64,000 bases of DNA, taken from Hyphomicrobiales bacterium. GTDB lineage: Bacteria > Pseudomonadota > Alphaproteobacteria > MED-G09. A program made the position numbers and the translations under genes. This document shows positions 29,436-40,870 of the stretch, piece by piece. The notes beneath the pieces are model-generated. The model had not been told where the DNA came from and did no database searches. It saw only the letters and a program-made list of their open reading frames with translations. Location: contig JAOLDG010000002.1 in NCBI GenBank assembly GCA_028339975.1, positions 8,302 through 72,301 on the forward strand, written 5' to 3'. Position 1 is the first letter of the stretch. Each line of letters starts with the position of its first letter.

Positions 29436-30714
29436 AGAAAAAGATAAAATTTTTACTAACTTATATGGATTTGAATCCTTTACCTTGGCAAGTGCAAAAA
29501 AAAGAGGTGACTGGTCTACGACTAAGGAAATTATTGATAAAGGTCGAGATGGTATAATTGGTGAATTAACTAAGTCTGGCTTAAGGGGCAGGGGGGGAGC
29601 AGGTTTTCCTACAGCTACTAAATGGTCGTTTATGCCAAAAGAGCCAACGGGTAAAACTCATTATCTTGTTGTAAATGCTGATGAATCAGAACCTGGAACA
29701 TGTAAAGATCGTGATATTATTAGGCATGAGCCCCATAAACTATTAGAGGGTTGTATAATTGCTTGCGCAGCAATGGGTGCTCAAGTTTGCTATATTTATG
29801 TTAGGGGTGAGTTTTATAATGAAAGAATAATTTTACAATCAGCCCTTGAAGAAGCATATGAAGAAGGTTTGGTTGGAAAAAATGCTTGTGGCTCTGGGTT
29901 GGATATTGAAATTTTTATTCATCATGGTGCTGGTGCTTATATTTGTGGAGAAGAGACTGCTCTTCTAGAAAGCTTAGAAGGAAAGAAGGGTATGCCAAGG
30001 TTAAAGCCTCCTTTTCCTGCTACTTCAGGTTTGTATGGGTGCCCGACTACTGTCAATAATGTTGAGAGTATAGCTGTCGTGCCTACTATTTTAAGAAGGG
30101 GACCTGATTGGTTTTCTTCACTTGGGAGAGAAAGGAACGCAGGTACAAAAATATTTTGTATTTCTGGACATGTAAACAATCCTTGTAATGTAGAGGAGGA
30201 GATGGGTATTCCTCTAAAGGATTTAATTGAAAAGCATGCTGGTGGCGTTATAGGCGGGTGGGATAATCTTCTTGCAGTAATTCCTGGCGGATCATCTGTC
30301 CCGATGATTCCAAAAGAAATTTGCGATGATGTTTTAATGGATTTTGACTCACTTCAAGCAGTTAATTCTGGTTTAGGAACTGCAGCGGTTATTGTGATGG
30401 ACAAATCAACTGATTTAATAAAAGCAATTTCAAGAATTTCATATTTTTACAAACATGAGAGTTGTGGTCAATGCACCCCTTGTAGAGAGGGTACATCTTG
30501 GCTTTGGGAAATGATGGAAAAAATGGCTAATGGAGAGGCCCGTGTTGATGAAATTGACACACTTCTTGGTCTAACAAAAAGAATTGAAGGTCACTGTATC
30601 TGTGCGCTTGGTGATGCTGCAGCTTGGCCAGTCCAGGGCTTAATAAGACATTTTCGGGGTTACATGGAAGACAGATTGAACGAAACAAAAAAAAATATAG
30701 TTGCAGGGCGATAA
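29428..30714 (+). CDS. nuoF: NADH-quinone oxidoreductase subunit F. The start ATG at 29428 overlaps the nuoE stop; the ORF track's upstream start at 29374 is likely spurious.
   Basis: 51-kDa subunit with NADH/FMN-binding (GRGGAGFPT) and [4Fe-4S] motif [12 protein letters not shown]. Confidence 0.93.
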   Translation: MLKEKDKIFTNLYGFESFTLASAKKRGDWSTTKEIIDKGRDGIIGELTKSGLRGRGGAGFPTATKWSFMPKEPTGKTHYLVVNADESEPGTCKDRDIIRHEPHKLLEGCIIACAAMGAQVCYIYVRGEFYNERIILQSALEEAYEEGLVGKNACGSGLDIEIFIHHGAGAYICGEETALLESLEGKKGMPRLKPPFPATSGLYGCPTTVNNVESIAVVPTILRRGPDWFSSLGRERNAGTKIFCISGHVNNPCNVEEEMGIPLKDLIEKHAGGVIGGWDNLLAVIPGGSSVPMIPKEICDDVLMDFDSLQAVNSGLGTAAVIVMDKSTDLIKAISRISYFYKHESCGQCTPCREGTSWLWEMMEKMANGEARVDEIDTLLGLTKRIEGHCICALGDAAAWPVQGLIRHFRGYMEDRLNETKKNIVAGR

Positions 30715-32771
30715 TGACTAAAATTGTAATAGATGGTGAAAATTTTGAAGTTGAGGATGGCCTTTCTGTTATTCAAGCATGCGAAGAATCTGGTGTTGAG
30801 ATTCCTAGATTTTGTTATCACGAAAGACTATCTGTCGCAGGAAATTGTAGGATGTGCTTAGTTGATGTTGAGGATGCTAGAGGCATGAGCCCAAAGCCTG
30901 TTGCATCATGTGCAATTCCTGTAAGCGAAGGTTTAATTATTCATACAAAGACTGAGCGAGTTAAAAATGCCAGAGAAGGGATAATGGAATTTCTTCTTAT
31001 TAATCATCCTTTGGACTGCCCTATTTGCGATCAAGGAGGAGAATGTGATCTGCAGGACCAATCCGTTGCTTATGGTCACGGTGCAAGTAGATACGAACAA
31101 GATAAAAGATCTGTTGAAAACAAAGATATGGGTCCTTTCATTAAAACTGAAATGACAAGGTGTATTCACTGTACAAGATGTGTTCGTTTTTCTACTGAGG
31201 TTACTGGGATTAACGAGATTGGAGCTATTGGTAGGGGTAGGGATATGGAAATAACAACATACCTTAACAAAGCTGTAACTTCTGAACTATCAGGTAATGT
31301 TATTGATTTATGCCCAGTAGGCGCATTAACATCAAAACCCTATGCATTTAGCGCTAGACCATGGGAATTGAAACAGATTGAATCAATTGATGTAATGGAT
31401 GCCGTTGGATCAAACATAAGGATAGATACAAAAGGTAATAAAGTAATGAGGGTGTTACCTCGCATAAATGAAGATGTTAATGAAGAGTGGATTTCTGATA
31501 AAACAAGATTTTTTTGGGATGGCCTTAGCCTACAAAGAATTGATAAGCCGTATTTAAAAGAAAATGGTAAGTTCAAAAAAGTTAGCTGGGAAAAAGCAAT
31601 AAGTGTTTTATCTGAAAAGTTAAAAGATTCTAAGCCTAACGAAATAGCGAGTATTTCAGGAGATCTTTCTTCAATAGAATCCATTTATTCCTTAAAAAAA
31701 TTAATGAATTCTCTAGGCTCTCAAAATACTGAATGTAGGCAAGATGGTTCGAGAATTTCAGGGAGTAGGGAAAGATGGCTTTTTAATTCGAAGTTTTCTG
31801 GAATAGACGATTCCGATGGGTGCTTATTAATAGGAACAAATCCTAGGTTTGAGGCTGCATTAATAAATTCAAGGATATTGCGTAAGTCTAAAGAGAGTAA
31901 TTACTCAATAGGTTTGCTAGGTAAAGAAAACGAACTCAATTATGGATATGATTTTTTAGGAGACGATCCTAATACTATAAAAGATATTATAAATGGATCC
32001 CATCCTTTTTGCTCAAAACTAGAATCAATGAAAAAACCAATAATGATTGTTGGTCAGGGAGCCTTAGTAGGAAATCATGGTGAGGATTTTTTAAATCTTT
32101 CTATTAAATTAGCAAATAAATATAATTTTTTATCCTCAGATTGGAATGGATTTAATGTTTTGCATAGTGCCGCAGCTCGTCCTGGAGCTATGGAAATTGG
32201 TTTTCTTCCAGGCCCGGAAGGTAAAAACCTAGATCAAATTATTGAGGGTTGTAATAGCGGAAGTATTTCAACTCTATTCCTTTTGGGTGCTGATGAGGTT
32301 TGTTTAAGCGATAAATCTGATTGTTTTGTTATTTATCAAGGCCACCATGGTGATAATGGAGCCCATCAAGCAGATTTAATTTTACCTTCTCCGTCATTTA
32401 ATGAGCAAAATGGTTTGTATATGAATACAGAAGGGCGAGTTCAAGAGTCTGTGAGAGCAACATTTCCATTAGGTGAGGCCTTAGAGGACTGGAAAATAAT
32501 TTCAATGATTGCTGAAAAAATGAAACTTGATTTTAAAATTAATAATTTCGATGAATTAAGAGAAGAAATTTTTACTTTATTTCCAGATCTTTTAGAAATT
32601 GATAATTGTATAGAAGGTGGGAATCCAAAAGAACTTATGGCTGAAGAGATAAAAGAACATATATTTTATAATTCTGTTGAAAATTTCTGGTTAACAAATT
32701 CAATTGCTCGTTCTTCAAAGATCTTATGTGACAGAAATGAGTTTTCCTCGAACGGAGTTTTTAAGATCTAA
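30714..32771 (+). CDS. nuoG: NADH-quinone oxidoreductase subunit G. The start is at MTKIVIDGE, where TAATG overlaps the nuoF stop.
   Basis: 75-kDa subunit with an N-terminal [2Fe-2S] domain and [4Fe-4S] Cys clusters (CYHERLSVAGNCRMC, CPICDQGGEC, CIHCTRC). Confidence 0.93.
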   Translation: MTKIVIDGENFEVEDGLSVIQACEESGVEIPRFCYHERLSVAGNCRMCLVDVEDARGMSPKPVASCAIPVSEGLIIHTKTERVKNAREGIMEFLLINHPLDCPICDQGGECDLQDQSVAYGHGASRYEQDKRSVENKDMGPFIKTEMTRCIHCTRCVRFSTEVTGINEIGAIGRGRDMEITTYLNKAVTSELSGNVIDLCPVGALTSKPYAFSARPWELKQIESIDVMDAVGSNIRIDTKGNKVMRVLPRINEDVNEEWISDKTRFFWDGLSLQRIDKPYLKENGKFKKVSWEKAISVLSEKLKDSKPNEIASISGDLSSIESIYSLKKLMNSLGSQNTECRQDGSRISGSRERWLFNSKFSGIDDSDGCLLIGTNPRFEAALINSRILRKSKESNYSIGLLGKENELNYGYDFLGDDPNTIKDIINGSHPFCSKLESMKKPIMIVGQGALVGNHGEDFLNLSIKLANKYNFLSSDWNGFNVLHSAAARPGAMEIGFLPGPEGKNLDQIIEGCNSGSISTLFLLGADEVCLSDKSDCFVIYQGHHGDNGAHQADLILPSPSFNEQNGLYMNTEGRVQESVRATFPLGEALEDWKIISMIAEKMKLDFKINNFDELREEIFTLFPDLLEIDNCIEGGNPKELMAEEIKEHIFYNSVENFWLTNSIARSSKILCDRNEFSSNGVFKI

Positions 32772-33779
32772 ATGATGATATTTTTTATGAGTTATATCTT
32801 ACCTTTGCTGATTATATTTTTACAATCAGCCCTAGTTTTGCTTGCTGTTCTTTTAATGGCGTATTTTGGTATTTATGCTGATAGAAAAATTTGGGCTGCA
32901 GTTCAACTAAGAAGAGGACCAAATGTAGTCGGCCCTTTTGGTTTGCTTCAATCTGCTGCTGATCTTTTAAAGCTTCTTTTTAAAGAAATTATTATACCAG
33001 AGAAGGCTAATAAGATGATTTTTATTCTTGGCCCTATAGTAACATGCTTTGTTGCTCTATCATCTTGGGCTGTTATTCCTTTTGCTGATGGATGGGTTGT
33101 TGCAGATATTAATGTTGGAATCTTGTATATTTTTGCCGTCTCTTCTTTGGGGGTATATGGAATTATTATGGGCGGATGGGCCTCTAATTCCAAATATCCA
33201 TTTATGGGAGCTATGAGATCTGCAGCTCAAATGGTTTCTTACGAAGTATCAATAGGCTTTGTAATAATTACCGTTCTTTTATGCGTCGGATCTTTAAATC
33301 TTTCAGAAATTGTTAATGCTCAAAAGAATATTTGGTTTATTTTTCCTTTGTTTCCAATGTTTATTGTATTTTTTGTTTCAGCTTTAGCAGAAACAAACAG
33401 GCCACCATTTGACCTTCCTGAGGCAGAAGCTGAACTAGTGGCTGGTTACCAAACTGAATATTCATCTTCACTTTTTATGTTGTATTTTTTAGGAGAGCTA
33501 GCAGCTACTTTTTTAATGTGCGCAATGATTACTATTTTGTTCCTTGGAGGCTGGCTTCCTCCTTTTAATATTTTTCCTTTTATATTAGTTCCAGGTATTG
33601 TTTGGTTCTTTCTAAAAATGGCTTTTATTTTCTACTTATTTTCTATGGTTAAAGCTTTAGTGCCTCGATATAGATATGATCAATTAATGAGATTGGGTTG
33701 GAAAGTTTTTCTTCCTATATCCTTAGCATGTGTAGTTTTAACCTCAAGTTTCCTTTTATTTTTTAATATTGCTCCATAG
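32772..33779 (+). CDS. nuoH: NADH-quinone oxidoreductase subunit H
   Basis: 335 aa polytopic membrane subunit (ND1 family) with the conserved [14 protein letters not shown] motif. Confidence 0.93.
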   Translation: MMIFFMSYILPLLIIFLQSALVLLAVLLMAYFGIYADRKIWAAVQLRRGPNVVGPFGLLQSAADLLKLLFKEIIIPEKANKMIFILGPIVTCFVALSSWAVIPFADGWVVADINVGILYIFAVSSLGVYGIIMGGWASNSKYPFMGAMRSAAQMVSYEVSIGFVIITVLLCVGSLNLSEIVNAQKNIWFIFPLFPMFIVFFVSALAETNRPPFDLPEAEAELVAGYQTEYSSSLFMLYFLGELAATFLMCAMITILFLGGWLPPFNIFPFILVPGIVWFFLKMAFIFYLFSMVKALVPRYRYDQLMRLGWKVFLPISLACVVLTSSFLLFFNIAP

Positions 33780-33787
33780 GTGTCGAG

Positions 33788-34282
33788 ATGAAATGGCTAA
33801 TTAATTTTTTAAAGACATACATGCAGTGGGATTTTCTTACAGCATTTTTTGTTGGAATGAAGTATTTCATCTTCAAAAAAAGGGTAACAATAAACTACCC
33901 GCATGAGAAGGGAAGATTGTCTTCTCGATTTAGAGGGGAGCATGCCTTAAGAAGATACCCTAATGGAGAAGAAAGATGTATTGCATGCAAGTTATGCGAA
34001 GCAGTTTGCCCTGCTCAAGCTATAACAATTGACGCAGGCCCTCGTGATAAAGATGGGGTAAGGAAAACTATTAGGTATGATATTGATATGGTGAAGTGTA
34101 TTTATTGCGGCCTATGTCAAGAAGCTTGTCCAGTAGATGCAATTGTTGAGGGGCCAAACTTCGAGTTTGCAACAGAAACTAGAGAAGAGCTTCTTTATAC
34201 AAAAGAGAAATTAATGGAGAATGGTGATAAGTGGGAAGTTTCATTAGTTAAGAATTTGGAGAGGGATGCGCCTTTTAGGTAG
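33788..34282 (+). CDS. nuoI: NADH-quinone oxidoreductase subunit I
   Basis: 164 aa with two 4Fe-4S ferredoxin motifs ([24 protein letters not shown]). Confidence 0.93.
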   Translation: MKWLINFLKTYMQWDFLTAFFVGMKYFIFKKRVTINYPHEKGRLSSRFRGEHALRRYPNGEERCIACKLCEAVCPAQAITIDAGPRDKDGVRKTIRYDIDMVKCIYCGLCQEACPVDAIVEGPNFEFATETREELLYTKEKLMENGDKWEVSLVKNLERDAPFR

Positions 34283-34293
34283 TTACAATTGAT

Positions 34294-34908
34294 ATGTTTC
34301 CAGCGTTACTTTTTTATATCTTTTCTTTGTCTATTATTGCCTCAGCTTTAATGGTCATTTTTTCAAAGCAACCAATTAATTCTGTCCTTTTTTTAATATT
34401 TTCCTTTATTAATGCCTCAGGTTTATTTCTTTTAGCTGGAGCCGAGTTTTTAGCTTTAATTATTGTTATAGTTTATGTTGGTGCTGTTGCTGTTTTGTTT
34501 CTTTTTGTAATAATGATGCTTGATTTCAATCCAGATAATATAAAAGAAGAAACTAAAAAATATCTTCCCATTGGCTTGATGGTGGGTGGTGTTCTTTTTT
34601 TTGAAATAATTTTAATGATGTATTCACCTGAGCTCTTTTCAAAAGACTTCCAAATAATTGGGCGAATAGTTGAAACAGACTTAACCAATACCGAGATATT
34701 GGGTAATTTAATTTATACTGAGTATTTTCTTCAATTTCAGATGGCAGGCTTCATTCTTTTGGTTGCTATGATTGGCGCAATTGTATTGACTCTGCGTCAT
34801 AGAGATTATGTCAGAAGACAAGTTATTAGCGATCAAATATCGCGAGACTCAAGTACTAGTATCGAGCTAATTGATATCAATCTAAAAACCAGGGAATCAA
34901 AGAAATGA
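34294..34908 (+). CDS. nuoJ: NADH-quinone oxidoreductase subunit J
   Basis: 204 aa hydrophobic ND6-family subunit, positioned between nuoI and nuoK. Confidence 0.88.
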   Translation: MFPALLFYIFSLSIIASALMVIFSKQPINSVLFLIFSFINASGLFLLAGAEFLALIIVIVYVGAVAVLFLFVIMMLDFNPDNIKEETKKYLPIGLMVGGVLFFEIILMMYSPELFSKDFQIIGRIVETDLTNTEILGNLIYTEYFLQFQMAGFILLVAMIGAIVLTLRHRDYVRRQVISDQISRDSSTSIELIDINLKTRESKK

Positions 34909-35213
34909 TCATTGAACTTGGGCATTACCTTATATTGGCATCAATGCTTTTTACAATTGGAGTAATAGGGGTTTTTCTTAATAGAAAAAATGTTATTATT
35001 ATTCTTATGTCCCTTGAGCTAATATTGCTGAGTATTAGTATAAATTTAGTTGCATTTTCTTCTTTTTTAAATGACTCAGTCGGGCAAATTTTCTCTCTAT
35101 TTATTCTAACTGTAGCGGCGGGCGAAGCAGCTATTGGTCTAGCTATTCTTGTTGTTTATTTTCGAAATGTTGGAAACATTGAAGTTGATCAAATTAATAA
35201 AATGAGAGGGTAA
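34905..35213 (+). CDS. nuoK: NADH-quinone oxidoreductase subunit K
   Basis: 102 aa with three transmembrane segments (ND4L family). It has 4-nt overlaps with its neighbours. Confidence 0.9.
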   Translation: MIIELGHYLILASMLFTIGVIGVFLNRKNVIIILMSLELILLSISINLVAFSSFLNDSVGQIFSLFILTVAAGEAAIGLAILVVYFRNVGNIEVDQINKMRG

Positions 35214-37141
35214 TGGCTTTATTTTTTCTAGTATTTTTACCTTTATTTAGTGCATTAATTGTAGGGTTTTTTGGTAATAAGGTGAATATTACGCTTACAC
35301 ACCTTTTTTCATGTCTTTTAATTATAATTCCCTTTTTTATCTCTTCATATTTTTTAAATAAATCTCTTAGTGGTGATTTCAATTTTGTATTTCCTTTGGC
35401 AACCTGGATAGAGTCTGGTGATCTTGTGACTAAGTGGTCCTTAAAGTTGGATATGCTTACATCAGTTATGCTTGTTGTTGTAACTTTTGTTTCCTCGTTA
35501 GTTCATGTTTATTCTATTGGCTATATGAGTCATGACCCAAATCAACCAAGATTTTTTGCTTACCTTTCTTTTTTTACTTTTGCCATGCTTATCCTTGTTA
35601 CATCTAACAACTTTCTCCAACTTTTTTTTGGCTGGGAGGGGGTAGGGTTAGCTTCATATTTACTGATTGGTTTCTGGTATAAGAAAGACTCTGCTAATTC
35701 TGCAGCTATAAAAGCTTTCGTAGTTAATCGTGTTGGTGATTTTGGTTTCCTAATAGGTATAGCGATATTATATTTTTCAACAAAATCATTAGACTTTGAT
35801 GTAATTTTTTCAATGGCAGGTGAACTATCAAGTAAAACAATCCCTATACTTTTTTGGAACTTCAACACCCTTAATATGGCTTGTTTTTTCTTATTTATGG
35901 GTGCGATGGGAAAGTCTGCTCAACTATTTCTTCATACTTGGCTTCCTGATGCCATGGAGGGACCTACTCCAGTTTCTGCATTAATTCACGCTGCTACAAT
36001 GGTTACTGCCGGGGTATTTTTAGTAGCTCGTTGCTCACCTTTATTTGAACAATCGGAATATATTTTATCCTTTATAACTATTATTGGTGCCTCAACTGCT
36101 TTTTTTGCAGCTACTGTTGGTTTGGTTCAGAACGATATTAAAAGGATAGTTGCGTATTCTACATGCTCTCAGTTAGGCTATATGTTTGTTGCCTTGGGAA
36201 GCGGTGCATATCAAATAGCAATTTTTCATTTATTTACTCATGCATTTTTTAAGGCTCTTTTATTTCTTGGTTCTGGGTCAGTAATTCACGCTGTATCTGA
36301 CGAGCAGGATATAAGAAAGATGGGTGATTTGTATAAATTAATACCGTTTACTTGGATAACTATGCTTATTGGAACGCTTGCATTAACAGGATTCCCTTAT
36401 ATGTCAGGTTACTTCTCAAAAGATGGTATTATTGAAGCTGCATTTGTATCTCATACAGGAGGGCATTTTTATGCTTTTTATCTTCTTGTAATATCTGCTT
36501 TACTCACAAGCTTCTATTCTTGGAGATTAATTTTTTTAACCTTTCATGGGAAAAGCAAGGTTTCAAAAGATGTTTTCTCAAAAATTCATGAAAGCCCTAA
36601 AATTATGTTAGCCCCACTATTGATATTAGCACTTTGTTCGATTTTTTCTGGTTATATTTTTGTTGATTACTTTATGTCACATGATTTTGAATTTTTATGG
36701 AAAAGTTCAATTTTTCTAGCCCCCGATAACCATATTATTGAAGAAATACATCATGTTCCTTTATGGGTAAAGTTATCTCCTTTAGTAATGATGATTGCTG
36801 GCTTTATACTTTCATTTTTATTTTACATAGCCTTCCCTTTTATTCCCGGGTATTTAGCTAAATCCTATAGCCCACTCTATAAATTTTTACTTAATAAGTG
36901 GTATTTTGATGAGCTCTATAACTTCATTTTTGTTAAAAATATCAAAAGGATAGGAGAATTCTTATCATCTTTTGGAGACAAAAAAATTATAGATGGATTT
37001 GGTCCAGATGGAATTGCTTCCAGTATTTCCTACTTTGCAAAGCAAGCTAGTCGACTCCAAACGGGTTATATTTATCACTATGCTTTTGCAATGCTTTTTG
37101 GATTAACTATTTTTATCTCTTATTTTTTCCTTAGAGGGTGA
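35213..37141 (+). CDS. nuoL: NADH-quinone oxidoreductase subunit L
   Basis: 642 aa ND5-family antiporter-like subunit. Confidence 0.93.
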   Translation: MALFFLVFLPLFSALIVGFFGNKVNITLTHLFSCLLIIIPFFISSYFLNKSLSGDFNFVFPLATWIESGDLVTKWSLKLDMLTSVMLVVVTFVSSLVHVYSIGYMSHDPNQPRFFAYLSFFTFAMLILVTSNNFLQLFFGWEGVGLASYLLIGFWYKKDSANSAAIKAFVVNRVGDFGFLIGIAILYFSTKSLDFDVIFSMAGELSSKTIPILFWNFNTLNMACFFLFMGAMGKSAQLFLHTWLPDAMEGPTPVSALIHAATMVTAGVFLVARCSPLFEQSEYILSFITIIGASTAFFAATVGLVQNDIKRIVAYSTCSQLGYMFVALGSGAYQIAIFHLFTHAFFKALLFLGSGSVIHAVSDEQDIRKMGDLYKLIPFTWITMLIGTLALTGFPYMSGYFSKDGIIEAAFVSHTGGHFYAFYLLVISALLTSFYSWRLIFLTFHGKSKVSKDVFSKIHESPKIMLAPLLILALCSIFSGYIFVDYFMSHDFEFLWKSSIFLAPDNHIIEEIHHVPLWVKLSPLVMMIAGFILSFLFYIAFPFIPGYLAKSYSPLYKFLLNKWYFDELYNFIFVKNIKRIGEFLSSFGDKKIIDGFGPDGIASSISYFAKQASRLQTGYIYHYAFAMLFGLTIFISYFFLRG

Positions 37142-37145
37142 TCTT

Positions 37146-38657
37146 ATGCAAAGCTGGAATCTTTTATCAATTATAACTTTTTTTCCTTTATTAGGAGCTC
37201 TTTTTATATTGCTGTCTCCTCAGCAAGAAAAAAAAATTTCAGAAAGAAACTCAAAGTCTCTTGCTCTTTGGACATCAATTATAACATTTATTATTTCACT
37301 ATTTTTGTTATATGGTTTTGACTCAGAAGTCTCCTCCTATCAGTTCTATGAAAGGGTAGTCATTGCAAATGGCTTAATGACCTATCAACTTGGCGTTGAC
37401 GGAATATCGATACTTTTTGTTATGCTCACAACCTTCTTAATGCCTTTTTGTATTTTGGCTAGCTGGAATTCTATTAAAGATAGGGTGGAAAGTTTTATGA
37501 TAGCCTTTCTTGTTTTGGAGACCTTGATAATTGGTACATTTTGTTCATTAGATATAATACTTTTTTATCTATTCTTTGAAAGTGTTTTGATACCAATGTT
37601 CATTATTATTGGTGTTTGGGGCGGTGAAAGAAAGGTTTACTCAGCATTTAAATTTTTTCTATACACTCTTCTTGGCTCAGTTCTTATGCTTGCAGCGATG
37701 ATATATCTTTACGCTCACACCGGAAGCACAGAATTAATTGTAATTTCTGAAAACTTAGACCTGAAAAATTCATCCCAATATTTTTTATGGCTAGCTTTCT
37801 TTTGCTCATTTGCCGTTAAATTACCTATGTGGCCCGTTCATACCTGGCTACCTGATGCCCATGTTGAGGCACCAACATCAGGATCAGTAATATTAGCTGC
37901 TATTCTATTAAAAATGGGTGGTTATGGGTTTTTAAGATTTTCTCTCCCCTTGTTTCCTGAGGCTAGCCATTATTTTGCACCTTTTGTCTTTACCTTGAGC
38001 ATCATTGCGATAATTTATACATCTTTGGTTGCCTATGTTCAGAAAGATATTAAAAAATTAATAGCTTATTCCTCTGTAGCCCATATGGGGTTTGTAACTT
38101 TGGGGATTTTTACTTTCAATACTCAGGGTATAGAGGGATCGATATACCAAATGCTATCACATGGACTTATTTCTGCAGCTTTATTCTTTTGCATCGGAAT
38201 AATCTATGACAGATTACACACAAGACAAATTAAAGATTATGGAGGTCTTGTTTCAATTATGCCAAATTTTGCAATATTCTTTATGATTTTTACTATGGCA
38301 AATGTTGCTTTACCTGGAACAAGTGGTTTCATAGGCGAGTTTTTAATAGTAATAGCTACTTTTAGTATTTCAAAAATAGCAGCAATTTTTGCCGCTACCG
38401 GCGTTATTTTGTCAGCAATATATGGGTTATTTTTATATAAGAATGTAGTTTTTGGTAAAATTACAAACGAGACTATTGAGCTCCTGACTGATTTAACACC
38501 CAGAGAAAAATTAATTCTATTCCCCTTAGCTTTTTTGATAGTATTTTTTGGTTTATTTCCTTCATCAATATTAGGCTTGATTAGTGAATCTTCAAATAAT
38601 TTATCAGACTTACTTGATCTTGCATTGCTTGGTATTGATCCTTTGGGGGTTAAGTAA
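37146..38657 (+). CDS. nuoM: NADH-quinone oxidoreductase subunit M
   Basis: 503 aa ND4-family antiporter-like subunit. Confidence 0.93.
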   Translation: MQSWNLLSIITFFPLLGALFILLSPQQEKKISERNSKSLALWTSIITFIISLFLLYGFDSEVSSYQFYERVVIANGLMTYQLGVDGISILFVMLTTFLMPFCILASWNSIKDRVESFMIAFLVLETLIIGTFCSLDIILFYLFFESVLIPMFIIIGVWGGERKVYSAFKFFLYTLLGSVLMLAAMIYLYAHTGSTELIVISENLDLKNSSQYFLWLAFFCSFAVKLPMWPVHTWLPDAHVEAPTSGSVILAAILLKMGGYGFLRFSLPLFPEASHYFAPFVFTLSIIAIIYTSLVAYVQKDIKKLIAYSSVAHMGFVTLGIFTFNTQGIEGSIYQMLSHGLISAALFFCIGIIYDRLHTRQIKDYGGLVSIMPNFAIFFMIFTMANVALPGTSGFIGEFLIVIATFSISKIAAIFAATGVILSAIYGLFLYKNVVFGKITNETIELLTDLTPREKLILFPLAFLIVFFGLFPSSILGLISESSNNLSDLLDLALLGIDPLGVK

Positions 38658-40108
38658 TGAATTTATTTTTTAGTGAATTATTATTAATTATTCCTGAGTT
38701 AATTATTATTTTAGCGGCAATTTTATTACTAATGATTGGATCATTCAGTACTAAAAACTCTGCCAAAGTTGTAGTTTATTTTTCAGCTTTAACCCTTTTC
38801 TTTGTTTCTTTTTTAGAAATCATAATGCCCTGGGATACAGGATTATTATTTACTGAATCATTAGTTGAGAATGGATTTTCTAGATTTGTTAAAAGTATAA
38901 TATTTTTATCTTCGGCCTTTGTTATAATTTTATCTTCGAAGTGGCTTGTGCGGTATGATAGTAAGGCTTTCGAATACCCAATTTTAATACTTTTTTCTTC
39001 ATTGGGCATGTCATTTATGATATCTGCTAATGATCTAATAACTCTTTATCTAGCTATCGAACTTCAAAGTTTACCTTTATATGTTTTAGCTTCCTTTAAA
39101 AGAGATAGTGTGAATTCAGGTGAAGCTGGCATTAAGTATTTTGTTTTGGGGGCATTATCTTCATCCTTATTTTTATTTGGATCTTCTTTGGTCTATGGTT
39201 TCACAGGTTCAGTAGAGTTCTTTGATATTTCTAAAAGCATAGGTGCTCCAGAGATTAATACTGGAATTATTGTTGGAATTGTTTTTATACTTTCTGGGCT
39301 TATCTTTAAAATTTCCGCTGTTCCTTTTCATATGTGGACTCCGGATGTTTACGAGGGATCGGCAACGCCTGTAACAGCATTTTTTTCAACAGCACCTAAG
39401 ATGGCAGCAATGTGTATGCTGGTTAATATTTTGTATGGACCTTTTTCTGGTGCATTTGAATCATGGCAGCAAATTATTATTTTTGTTTCAATTGCATCAA
39501 TGGCACTAGGATCATTTGTTGCAATTAAGCAAACAAATATTAGAAGACTTCTTGCTTATAGTTCTATCGCGCATATGGGATTTGCCCTTATTGCATTATC
39601 CTCGCCGTTATCTTCGTCTGCTGTCCAGTCGTTGCTAATTTATATGCTAATCTATGTTGTTACTAATCTAGGCGTTTTTGCTTGTATTATAAGTTTAGAA
39701 ACAAGCGAAGGTGAGACGATTTCAAAAATCGATGATTTATCAGGCCTTTCAAGGCGGTATCCTTTTATTGCTTTTTCTATGACAATGCTTATGTTCTCTT
39801 TTGCTGGTATACCACCTTTAGCAGGATTTTTTGGTAAATACTTGATCTTTAGAACTGCAATAGAAAACGATCTAATATCTTTAGCTTTATTTGGTTTGAT
39901 TATAAGCGTAGTTGCTGCTTACTACTATATTAGAATTATCAAAATTATGTATTTTGATGAATTGGATATCTTACTAACAAAATCATCCTCAAAAGGCCTC
40001 AATATTACAAATATAGTATGCACTATTTTTATTGTATTTTTTCTTCTCATTTATTCTTTCTTTCCAATAGCTGAAATGGCAAACCTAGCTGCAAAATCAA
40101 TTAATTAA
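38657..40108 (+). CDS. nuoN: NADH-quinone oxidoreductase subunit N
   Basis: 483 aa ND2-family subunit and last gene of the operon. Confidence 0.92.
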   Translation: MNLFFSELLLIIPELIIILAAILLLMIGSFSTKNSAKVVVYFSALTLFFVSFLEIIMPWDTGLLFTESLVENGFSRFVKSIIFLSSAFVIILSSKWLVRYDSKAFEYPILILFSSLGMSFMISANDLITLYLAIELQSLPLYVLASFKRDSVNSGEAGIKYFVLGALSSSLFLFGSSLVYGFTGSVEFFDISKSIGAPEINTGIIVGIVFILSGLIFKISAVPFHMWTPDVYEGSATPVTAFFSTAPKMAAMCMLVNILYGPFSGAFESWQQIIIFVSIASMALGSFVAIKQTNIRRLLAYSSIAHMGFALIALSSPLSSSAVQSLLIYMLIYVVTNLGVFACIISLETSEGETISKIDDLSGLSRRYPFIAFSMTMLMFSFAGIPPLAGFFGKYLIFRTAIENDLISLALFGLIISVVAAYYYIRIIKIMYFDELDILLTKSSSKGLNITNIVCTIFIVFFLLIYSFFPIAEMANLAAKSIN

Positions 40109-40870
40109 ATGATAAAAACTAATTCTGATATTAGCATTTTTAGTTACCAAGAAATTGATAGTACAAATGATGAATCTAAAAGATTACTTGATAATCAGAA
40201 AATGCCTCCCTATTGGGTCATTGCTGATAAACAAACAGCTGGTAGGGGAAGGAAAAATAGATTTTGGGATTCACCTAGTGGTAATTTTATGGGCACTTAC
40301 GTGTTAAATGTTAGTGGTAAAAAAAGAATATTACCTCAACTCTCATTTGTATCCGCTTTAGCAATTTATGATACAATTATAGAATTTAAACCAAAGAATA
40401 GTAGCGCAATAATTATGCTAAAATGGCCTAATGATATTATTATAAATGATAAAAAATGTGGAGGTATTCTAATAGAGAATATTTTTTCTGAAAATAATCT
40501 TTTGCATACAATTGCCATTGGGATAGGTGTAAACTTATCAAGCTCTCCATTGCATACAACTTTTCCTTCAGGCAATGTCTTAAAAGAATTAAATATCGAT
40601 ATTAAGCGTGACACTTTTCTTACCGCTATAAATAATAATATTTTAAAGCTCCTAACTATATGGAACACTGGAAAAAATTATAAAGAAATCCTAAGTTCCT
40701 GGAAATCTATAGCATACCTAATGAATAAGGAAATTTTAGTAAGCTTACCAAATGGGGATAAACAGGCTGGTATCTTTTCATCAATTGATGATGAGGGTGG
40801 TCTTGTTTTACTTAATAATAAAGGCAAAAAGGATATATTTTATGCAGCAGAAATTTTTGAAGGATTATAA
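40109..40870 (+). CDS. birA: Biotin--[acetyl-CoA-carboxylase] ligase, group I (no N-terminal DNA-binding domain)
   Basis: 253 aa with BirA catalytic-domain motifs (QTAGRGRKNRFW, KWPNDIIINDKKCGGILIE). It lies directly after nuoN, as in many alphaproteobacteria. Confidence 0.88.
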   Translation: MIKTNSDISIFSYQEIDSTNDESKRLLDNQKMPPYWVIADKQTAGRGRKNRFWDSPSGNFMGTYVLNVSGKKRILPQLSFVSALAIYDTIIEFKPKNSSAIIMLKWPNDIIINDKKCGGILIENIFSENNLLHTIAIGIGVNLSSSPLHTTFPSGNVLKELNIDIKRDTFLTAINNNILKLLTIWNTGKNYKEILSSWKSIAYLMNKEILVSLPNGDKQAGIFSSIDDEGGLVLLNNKGKKDIFYAAEIFEGL